A DNA stretch of 64,000 nucleotides from Cenarchaeum sp. (lineage in GTDB: Archaea; Thermoproteota; Nitrososphaeria; Nitrososphaerales; Nitrosopumilaceae), in NCBI GenBank assembly GCA_965206845.1, contig OZ242221.1, positions 544,001-608,000 of the forward strand, given 5' to 3'. The translations under genes were made by a program, and so were the position numbers. Positions 57,005 to 64,000 of this stretch are shown here, one piece after another; positions within the stretch are counted from its first letter, which is position 1; each line of letters begins with the position of its first letter. The notes beneath the pieces were generated by a model. That model worked only from the letters and a program-made list of their open reading frames with translations. It searched no databases and was not told where the DNA came from.

Positions 57005-58126
57005 TTGAACCAAATTGCAAAGCAGATTCACTCCAGCGACATAAGGGACATACTTGAAAACTCCCTTGGCGGCAACAGGCCGGATCGGGCCGACTGCCTG
57101 CGCCTGCTGGAGTCCGACGATGTGCAGCTCATGGGGATGGCCTCAGGTCACATAACCAAGAAGAGGTTTGGCATAACAGCCTCCTTTGTGAATAACATAA
57201 TTCTCAACTATACCAACGTCTGCATCACCGACTGCAAGTTCTGCGCATTCTACAGGTCCCCCGGCGCCGATGGATCGTACACCCTGACGCTTGATGAGAT
57301 CGAGACGCGGGTAAAAACCGCCCGGGACATGTTTGGGATCCGGCAGGTGCTCATCCAAGGCGGGCATAATCCAAACCTGGGGATAGAGTACTACGAGAGC
57401 GCCTTTGGGATGATCAGGGCAAAGTTTCCCGAGGTAGGCGTTCACGGCCTGTCGCCGTCAGAGATCGACATGATAGCCAAGGTTGAAAAATGCTCGACCG
57501 CCGAGGTGATCTCGCGCCTGGCAGAGGCTGGGCTCCAGTCCGTTCCGGGAGCCGGGGCGGAGATCCTGGTCGACTCGGTAAAGGATGTGATCAGCCCCAA
57601 GAAGATAGACAGCGCCGCATGGTTAAGGATAATGGAGGAGGCCCACATGGCGGGCCTGCCCTCGTCTGCCACCATGATGTACGGACACGTAGAGTCAAAC
57701 CGGGACATTGCGGAGCACTTTGGCAGGATTGCAGAGCTGCAGGAGAAGACCCATGGGTTCATGGCATTTATCCCCTGGAGCTTTGAGCCAAACAACACAC
57801 TCATGCAGAAGGAGGATCCCACAACCCACGGCTCCGGCGGCACCAGGCTGCTCAGGATGATTGCGATATCACGGCTGGTCTTTGACGGCCTTATTGAGCA
57901 CCTGCAGTCTTCCTGGCTTACCAACGGAATCGGAATGGCCCAGCTGGCCCTGCAGTACGGCGCCGACGATTTTGGCGGCACGCTGATAGGCGAAGAGGTG
58001 GTGTCGTGCACCGGCGCCCGATCCACAGAGCTCACCGACGCAAAGATAGTCGAGGCCATCTCCCAGATAGGCTACAGGGCAGTGGAGCGAGACAACTTTT
58101 ACAATACCGTCTCTGTGCGCCAGTAA
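57005..58126 (+). CDS. mqnC: CofH/MqnC-family radical SAM, probable cyclic dehypoxanthine futalosine synthase
   Basis: Motifs: NYTNVCITDCKFCAF, PGAGAEIL and ATMMYGH. Neighbour of ubiD. Confidence 0.85.
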   Translation: MNQIAKQIHSSDIRDILENSLGGNRPDRADCLRLLESDDVQLMGMASGHITKKRFGITASFVNNIILNYTNVCITDCKFCAFYRSPGADGSYTLTLDEIETRVKTARDMFGIRQVLIQGGHNPNLGIEYYESAFGMIRAKFPEVGVHGLSPSEIDMIAKVEKCSTAEVISRLAEAGLQSVPGAGAEILVDSVKDVISPKKIDSAAWLRIMEEAHMAGLPSSATMMYGHVESNRDIAEHFGRIAELQEKTHGFMAFIPWSFEPNNTLMQKEDPTTHGSGGTRLLRMIAISRLVFDGLIEHLQSSWLTNGIGMAQLALQYGADDFGGTLIGEEVVSCTGARSTELTDAKIVEAISQIGYRAVERDNFYNTVSVRQ

Positions 58127-58158
58127 GCCGTTCGGGTTCGGCACGCAACTGTTACCAG

Positions 58159-58296
58159 AGATGTGATTCGTAATTAGCACGCAGGCACATTAGAGCACGA
58201 TCTTTGGCATAACCATACGAAAGTTGCATGCTTTGGAGCACACATCTGTAAGATTATGGGCATCGAAGGCCCGATTCTTAATTGCGGATCATGTCT
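58159..58296 (+). mobile_element. 138-bp MITE, copy 3
   Basis: CAG at 58156-58158 and 58297-58299. Two substitutions relative to copies 2/4/5. Confidence 0.95.
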
Positions 58297-58300
58297 CAGG

Positions 58301-59749
58301 TCAGAGCCCGTACGTGCTCCACCGCGAGTCCACCAAGCCCCTAGTTCGGTCATCCACTGTAACCTTCTCCTGCACCTCTCTTGTGAATCCCTCCTGTATC
58401 GTCTTCTGCGTTGCGTCTATTCCCAGCTTGGAGCCTAGGTTCACCAGCGGGGATGCAGGATCCAGCGTGTCGGTGGGGGTGTTGTTGATTATGGTTGTGT
58501 CCCTGGCGGGATCTGCCCTAGTGGTGATGGCCCAGATCACGTCGTTGATGTCCTGCACATCCACATCGTCGTCCACCACGATGAACATCTTTGTCAGCGC
58601 CAGCTGTCCCGTGCCCCACAGACCCATCATCACCTTCTTTGCCTGTCCGGGATAGCTCTTCTTGATGGAGATGATTGCCATTCCCTGAAACCATCCCGCC
58701 GCGGGCATTGCAAAGTCCACAACCTCCGGGTGGAACATTTGGATGAGGGGCAGGAACGAGCGCTCGATGACCTTGCCCACGTACGCATCCTCCAGTATCG
58801 GCTTGCCCACCACGGTGGTCAGGTACACCGGGTTCTCCCTGTGCATTGCCCCGGTGAGCGTAAAGGTCGGATACTGCTCCACCGGGGTGTAGTAACCCGT
58901 GTGATCGCCAAAGGGCCCCTCGTCGCGCAGGTCTGCGGGATCCACGTACCCCTCCAGCACGATCTCCGCGTTTGCCGGAACCTCCAGATCTATGGTTTTG
59001 CACCTCACAGTGCTGATTCCCTTCTTGCGCACTATTCCCGAGAAGAGGTACTTGTCAAGCCCCTCTGGAACCGGTGCAATCCCAGAGAATACGGTAGACG
59101 GCTCTCCTCCGATAATTATTGCCGCAGGGATTCTCTCCCCTTTTGCTTTTGATATCTCGCTGTGCTGCGCCCCGCGCTTGTGCTTCTGCCAGTGCATTAT
59201 GACGTGTTGGCCGTCCACTATCTGCATCCGGTACACGCCCAGGTTCCTCACGCCCGTCTCCGGATGCCTTGTTGCCACAAGGCCCAGCGTGATGAACCGT
59301 CCTGCGTCCCCGACCCATGTCTTTAGGATCGGCAGACCGTCAAAGGTCGGATTCTTCTGCACCACCTTGGTTACCGGACCGCTGCTCACCGGTTTGGGAA
59401 ATGACTCGCTCATCTTTGATAGCTGGGGGAGTTTTTTGAGCTTTCCCAAGAGTCCGGCCGGCATGTCCATCCGGGTCATCTCCACAATTCTGCTACCGAT
59501 CTCTGTAAAGTCCCGGGTCTCCAGCGCAATCTCAAGCCTCCTCATGGTGCCAAAGGTGTTTCCCAGCACCGGCATGTCATAGCCCTTCACATCCTCAAAG
59601 AGTACCGCCGGTCCCTGTGCGTACATGGTTCTCCGGAGAATCTCTGCAATCTCCAGGTCTGCGTCAACCTGCGTTTTGACACGCTTCAGCTCGCCCGCCT
59701 CCTCTAGTATTCCTACAAGCTCCTGCACATCCCCGATTGGCACAAACAC
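58301..59749 (-). CDS. ubiD: UbiD-family menaquinone biosynthesis decarboxylase (MqnL-like)
   Basis: Motifs: RNLGVYRMQ, EGPFGDHTGYY, KSYPGQAKKVMMGLWG and DTLD. Confidence 0.93.
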   Translation of the reverse strand: MFVPIGDVQELVGILEEAGELKRVKTQVDADLEIAEILRRTMYAQGPAVLFEDVKGYDMPVLGNTFGTMRRLEIALETRDFTEIGSRIVEMTRMDMPAGLLGKLKKLPQLSKMSESFPKPVSSGPVTKVVQKNPTFDGLPILKTWVGDAGRFITLGLVATRHPETGVRNLGVYRMQIVDGQHVIMHWQKHKRGAQHSEISKAKGERIPAAIIIGGEPSTVFSGIAPVPEGLDKYLFSGIVRKKGISTVRCKTIDLEVPANAEIVLEGYVDPADLRDEGPFGDHTGYYTPVEQYPTFTLTGAMHRENPVYLTTVVGKPILEDAYVGKVIERSFLPLIQMFHPEVVDFAMPAAGWFQGMAIISIKKSYPGQAKKVMMGLWGTGQLALTKMFIVVDDDVDVQDINDVIWAITTRADPARDTTIINNTPTDTLDPASPLVNLGSKLGIDATQKTIQEGFTREVQEKVTVDDRTRGLVDSRWSTYGL

Positions 59750-59791
59750 CGATCTGTTGCATTGCAGTATAAGCTTAACGTACAGGCCCAG

Positions 59792-59929
59792 AGATGTGAT
59801 TCGTAATTAGCACGCAGGCATATTAGAGCACGATCTTTGGCATAATCATACGAAAGTTGCATGCTTTGGAGCACACATCTGTAAGATTATGGGCATCGAA
59901 GGCCCGATTCTTAATTGCGGATCATGTCT
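59792..59929 (+). mobile_element. 138-bp MITE, copy 4
   Basis: CAG at 59789-59791 and 59930-59932. Confidence 0.95.
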
Positions 59930-60215
59930 CAGCAGAGGTCGTGGCTGCCCGCACGGCTCTGTGGCGTCATTGGGCCTGTCTGCATGATCCCCGTGCCGCG
60001 CCGACAGGGCATATGATCCTGCGGCGCAATGGGATTCCAGACATGCATCGACGGGGCAAAAGGTGCCATGGACGAGATCAATTGCCGCATCATGGCGGAC
60101 GTGAAGACTCACCAGGATGTGCAAGCCCGTGCCTGAATGGGAGGCAAGGCGGCATCACACAGGTTTCATTTACAAAACGTTTTACAGATCTGCTACGATA
60201 CGCAAGTAGATAATA

Positions 60216-60446
60216 TTGACTGGAAAAAAGTGCGCCGTGTGTAGCGGTATGGGCACGATTGAGCTTCTTGGCAGCGAGTGTCCCTTCTGCAACGGCACGG
60301 GCGAGCATTCGAAGATTGCCGAATCGTACTTCAAGTCACACATATGCCAGTGCGTCTTTCTGGACAGAAAGCGATGCCCGCTGTGCAAAAAGAAGTGCCA
60401 TCACGACACGCCCAACAAGCCAAAGATCCTCATAGAGCCGATGTAG
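60216..60446 (+). CDS. Small Cys/His-rich zinc-binding protein
   Basis: Two CxxCxGxG motifs (DnaJ-type) plus HICQC...CPLC...CHH. Confidence 0.8.
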   Translation: MTGKKCAVCSGMGTIELLGSECPFCNGTGEHSKIAESYFKSHICQCVFLDRKRCPLCKKKCHHDTPNKPKILIEPM

Positions 60447-60824
60447 CTACGACATGGGTGGCAGCTCGTTCTTCCTGTCATGGCCTCCGGAGCCAAACTT
60501 GCAGTAAAAGCACAGATCCGACTGCATGTGGTTCAGTATGTGCACCTTGATTGCTCCCAGCTTTAACGCGATTTTGGTAAGCATCTTGTACTTGAACGGC
60601 ATGGATGGGATCACCTCGTCCATGTAGACGCGGTAGTGATCCGGACAGAACCTGAGGGTAATCCTTGCCGGTTCCTTTCCCTTCTCGTTTACCTGCTTTG
60701 TAAACTTGATCTGCTCACGGATGTACTCGTGCTTGGGACAGGGGCAGTCCTTTCCATATGGATGCTTGTACGCAGGCGTGTTCTTCCAGTCAAAATCCGG
60801 GAACTCTTTTTCAAAATCGTCCAT
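60447..60824 (-). CDS. Hypothetical Cys/His-containing protein
   Basis: Motifs CPCPKH, FCPDH and CFYC. TTATAA box upstream. Confidence 0.8.
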   Translation of the reverse strand: MDDFEKEFPDFDWKNTPAYKHPYGKDCPCPKHEYIREQIKFTKQVNEKGKEPARITLRFCPDHYRVYMDEVIPSMPFKYKMLTKIALKLGAIKVHILNHMQSDLCFYCKFGSGGHDRKNELPPMS

Positions 60825-61464
60825 TATTACTTAAGCGTACTTGATGTTTATAAGATTTGGTTGTTTGGCGATCCGCCTGCCACTTGGTAGCGCCACTCTG
60901 TGCCCGTGTGACAAGTCGACCACCCAAACTTGGGATCCAAAGCAAGTCCCCGCGCTGAGACGGGCGTGAGGACCACAGCCGTACACGCACGTGTCCTAAT
61001 GTGGAGATGGTGTGAAGCCACGCGCGGCACCACATAAAATCCCTGCAGCCCATCCCCCGTCCGGCACCGCCCCGTCTGCCTCCCGATAGTGACTTCCCTT
61101 CTTGCAGGGTGTCCCGTAGGTATCTGCGTCCCCATGCCCGATCCGCGATCCCTCAGCGCGTGGAGGCACTTGCATGGCTAGTGGCGGCCCCCACTCCCTC
61201 TCATCCACAGAATATGACGCATGCTGGGTGGCCGGGTTTTTCACTGACGGGTTTCTTTCCTGCGTCGCCTGTATTTTTCGTGGCAGCCGTCCCGGCACTC
61301 CCACCCGTTCTTGCTCTTCCACCACATTCCAACAAAATTTTGCCTGTTCTCCTGTCAGATCGAGGCGGATGCAGTGATCTTGGACCCGATCGGGGCGGCA
61401 TTCTGGCGAATATGACACCACATAACAAAATGTAAATAAACTATACATTCAGAGTAGTTACCAT

Positions 61465-62508
61465 ATGGCAACAAAAAGCAAGTCAAGTTCCAGAGCAACA
61501 AAGTCCAGAGCAACCTCCAGAGCAACAAAGCCCAGAGCAACAAAGCCCAGAGCAACCTCCCGGACAGTAAAGCCCAGAGCTACCGCCAGAGCAACAAAGC
61601 CCAGAGCAGCCCCCAAAGTAACAAAGAGAGATCTAGAGGACAAGATTTCCCGGCTTGAGACGATACTAATGGAATTGTCTGCCAGCGTGAACGCAAAACA
61701 GGCAGCGGAGGCAAAACCGAAGCCAGCAGAGACAAAGCCGAAGCCAGCAGAAGTAAAGCCGAAGCCAGCAGAGGTGGCACCGAAGCCCAAGTCGCTTCCC
61801 AAGGTGTCCAAGCCGGCAGAGGTGGCACCGAAGCCCAAGTCGCTTCCCAAGGTGTCCAAGCCGGCAGAGGCAAAGCCGAAGCCAGCACCAAAGCCCGCAA
61901 CAAAGAAGGCAGATCTTCCAGCAACCATCAGCGACGCACTAGAGCATGCCTACTCGAACGCAGCAATGACCGATACGCACGCCTACAAGCAGAAGGTGCC
62001 AGGATACTCACCGTCAGGAAACAGGTACTATGTCAGACTGCACGCGCCGGAAGGCTCGGCCGCAATAGAAAGCTGGCATGCCCAAAAGGCAAAAGTGCCC
62101 GGCTACACGCAACCCTCAAACCAGTACTTTGCAACAAGACAGAGACTGGCATGGCACCAGCCGACAAAGAGGTTTACCGCATACGGCATGAAGATTCAGG
62201 GCGTATCCGAGACTGCAAAAGCACAGACACAGCAGGCTCCACCTCCACCGCCAGAAGCAAGCGCTCCACCACCACAGCCCACACAGAAGGGCTCCAAGCA
62301 GAGCGAACTGGAGGCATACGAAGCAGAATACCTGAAGAAACTCGAGCTAGCAAAGCAGCAACGGGCCAAGGCAAGACAGCAACAGGCAGAACCAAAGCCC
62401 GCAGCAAAGCCAAAGGCCGGAGCACTCCCCAAGAGAACCAAGCCCGCCGAACCGCCAAAACCTGCTGCACCAAAACAGTCTAGTGGCAAACTACCAAAGG
62501 GTTTCTAA
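61465..62508 (+). CDS. Low-complexity Lys/Pro/Ala-rich repeat protein with a histone-H1-like basic N-terminus
   Basis: About 7 RAT(K/S)(P/S) units, a short coiled coil, PKPAE repeats, a 48-bp perfect duplication, a twice-repeated 'QK...VPGY...N.Y' module and terminal LPK motifs. Confidence 0.8.
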   Translation: MATKSKSSSRATKSRATSRATKPRATKPRATSRTVKPRATARATKPRAAPKVTKRDLEDKISRLETILMELSASVNAKQAAEAKPKPAETKPKPAEVKPKPAEVAPKPKSLPKVSKPAEVAPKPKSLPKVSKPAEAKPKPAPKPATKKADLPATISDALEHAYSNAAMTDTHAYKQKVPGYSPSGNRYYVRLHAPEGSAAIESWHAQKAKVPGYTQPSNQYFATRQRLAWHQPTKRFTAYGMKIQGVSETAKAQTQQAPPPPPEASAPPPQPTQKGSKQSELEAYEAEYLKKLELAKQQRAKARQQQAEPKPAAKPKAGALPKRTKPAEPPKPAAPKQSSGKLPKGF

Positions 62509-62526
62509 CCCACCACAATTTTATTT

Positions 62527-62985
62527 TTAATTTGCGAACATTCCCAGCACCTGCTCTGAATGACCTGCAGGTTTTACCTTTGCAAATATCTTGAAGATTT
62601 TGCCGCTCTCGTCAACAAGAAACGTGCTGCGGACGACGCCCATGTACTCCCGGCCCATGAACTTCTTCTTCGCCCAGACCCCAAATTTTTGGGACACCTG
62701 CTTTTCCGTGTCCGACAGCAGCGGAAAGCGGATTCCCATCTTGTCGCAGAACTTTCTATGGGATCTGGTATCATCGGGGCTGATTCCGATTACCTCGATG
62801 CCGGCTTCTCTGAATCTTTCATAGTTTTTTGCAAACTCGTCTGCCTCCGTGGTGCACCCAGGCGTAAAGTCCCTTGGATAAAAGTAGATCACGTATTTTT
62901 GGCCTGCAAGATCAGATGAACTGACCAGCTTTCCGTCTGCATCCTGCAGTTCAAAAGATGGAACAGGCTCGCCCTCGCTTATCAT
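62527..62985 (-). CDS. bcp: Peroxiredoxin Bcp
   Basis: Motifs: YFYPRDFTPGCTTEA and RSTFLVD. Confidence 0.95.
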   Translation of the reverse strand: MISEGEPVPSFELQDADGKLVSSSDLAGQKYVIYFYPRDFTPGCTTEADEFAKNYERFREAGIEVIGISPDDTRSHRKFCDKMGIRFPLLSDTEKQVSQKFGVWAKKKFMGREYMGVVRSTFLVDESGKIFKIFAKVKPAGHSEQVLGMFAN

Positions 62986-63047
62986 GGATGCCGTGCACTA
63001 CAGCCCTCATAAATTATTTCGTACCGCGGTATCTGAAGGGTGCCGCG

Positions 63048-63383
63048 CTACCTTATCGGGCTTCCCGGAGGGGCGCTCTCGCCTGCCTCCAGCCAGAAGG
63101 GCACGCCATCCACATCCGCTGCAAGAAGCATGGCCTCTGACTCGATTCCGGCCACCTTCTTTGGCTCCAGATTTACAATCGCGATGACCCTCCTCCCCAT
63201 CATCTCTTCCGGGGTGCAGTGTTGGGCACCGCCGATGATCACGTTGCGCTCTTCGTTTCCTATGTCTACGGTGCCGCGCATGATACGGGTCTTGCCTGGG
63301 ATGGGCTCCGCTGCGATCACCCTTGCAACCCGGATATCCAGGCTGCCAAACGTGCTGTAGGGTACGCGCTCCACAGGTGCCAT
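63048..63383 (-). CDS. tRNA-binding OB-fold protein (Trbp111/CsaA/MetRS C-terminal)
   Basis: Motif LDIRVARV...VNLEPKKVAGIESEAMLLA. Start MAPV at 63383. Confidence 0.9.
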   Translation of the reverse strand: MAPVERVPYSTFGSLDIRVARVIAAEPIPGKTRIMRGTVDIGNEERNVIIGGAQHCTPEEMMGRRVIAIVNLEPKKVAGIESEAMLLAADVDGVPFWLEAGESAPPGSPIR

Positions 63384-63524
63384 ACCACGTCTGGATATAA
63401 AACTGATTTCAGGCTGGATCCATACCGGGTCGCCTGCTGCATCGAGTAATGAACAAGGATTATCTCGGATGCGCGTCTTTGTGCCTGAATGAGGAGGAAG
63501 CATGGCAGCATGCCGGAACTGCAG

Positions 63525-63662
63525 AGACATGATCCGCAATTAAGAATCGGGCCTTCGATGCCCATAATCTTACAGATGTGTGCTCCAAAGCATGCAACTT
63601 TCGTATGATTATGCCAAAGATCGTGCTCTAATATGCCTGCGTGCTAATTACGAATCACATCT
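63525..63662 (-). mobile_element. 138-bp MITE, copy 5
   Basis: Reverse orientation. CAG at 63522-63524 and 63663-63665. Confidence 0.95.
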
Positions 63663-63800
63663 CAGGTGGCCCATGCCCACATGTTCAGACACGCCTGTAG
63701 GCTGGACACGGATCATACAAAACATGGGGAGAGCTGGTCAGCCAGGATGGCAAAAAACAGACAACTAAATATAATTATACAGTTAGAGCGAAATCATAGC

Positions 63801-64000
63801 ATGGTGGTCATCAAGGCGTCAGTACAGATTGGTGCACCACAGGACAGGGTGTGGGATATCGTGTCAGATCTCGACCGCGAGCCGGAGTTCTGGAAGGGTA
63901 CAAAATCCGTCCGGAACATCTCAAGGAATGGCAACAGGGTTGTGCGGGAGGTTACAATTGCGTTCAAGGACAAAAAATGCATGCAGGAGATCACGCTCGA
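63801..64000 (+). CDS. SRPBCC/START-like family protein (5' part, truncated by the window)
   Basis: Sequence begins MVVIKASVQIGAPQDRVWDIVSDLDREPEFWKG. An AT-rich promoter lies upstream. Confidence 0.85.
   Translation, partial: MVVIKASVQIGAPQDRVWDIVSDLDREPEFWKGTKSVRNISRNGNRVVREVTIAFKDKKCMQEITL

Noticed and set aside
58224-58655. ORFs starting MHALEHTSV..., MGIEGPILN..., MLQSMQLSY... (also 59857, 58256, 63317, 7293, 63580) and ORFs ending ...APKHATFV
   Set aside because: Their shared termini come from the MITE sequence, so they are not a gene family.
60860-61420. RNase P or SRP RNA, or a gene, in this 560-bp spacer
   Set aside because: No RNase P P4 or SRP helix-8 signatures on either strand, and the ORFs lack gene-like composition. 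Left unassigned.
1-64000. CRISPR array, rRNA, integrase or prophage
   Set aside because: No regularly spaced repeat-spacer array, rRNA-like sequence, cas, integrase or viral genes were seen. The tandem repeats found are all within coding regions.

Overview
This 64-kb window is from an ammonia-oxidising-type archaeon (Thaumarchaeota/Nitrosopumilaceae-like, GC-rich). The assignment rests on an unsplit RNA polymerase A subunit, a eukaryote-like topoisomerase IB, archaeal ribosomal proteins, the AroA'/AroB' aromatic pathway and BHB-intron tRNAs. Expanded TPR proteins, an orphan solute-binding protein and active small mobile elements would fit a host-associated (e.g. sponge) lineage, but that is inference. 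Most of the window is core genome: the rpoH-rpoB-rpoA-rpl30e-nusA-rps12-rps7 cluster, psmA, tatA, thiDN/thiC, an aro-tyrA cluster, mqnC/ubiD, bcp and two intron-containing tRNAs. Five things stand out. (1) A 138-bp MITE family has five near-identical copies, all with CAG target duplications: one splits a membrane-protein gene, one knocks out the transposase of an unrelated IS5/IS903-like element (9-bp TSD), two bracket ubiD, and one is intergenic. (2) The largest RNA polymerase subunit ends in a Ser/Thr/Asp-rich heptad-repeat tail. (3) Several small ORFs fall below the ORF-track cutoff, including a 33-aa highly basic peptide near ribosomal genes and a duplicated 28-aa acidic peptide. (4) A second ~90-bp hairpin element with 10-bp flanking direct repeats lies beside the rpoH promoter. 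(5) Many intergenic spacers contain long rod-like hairpins. All calls were made by eye and no database searches were run.
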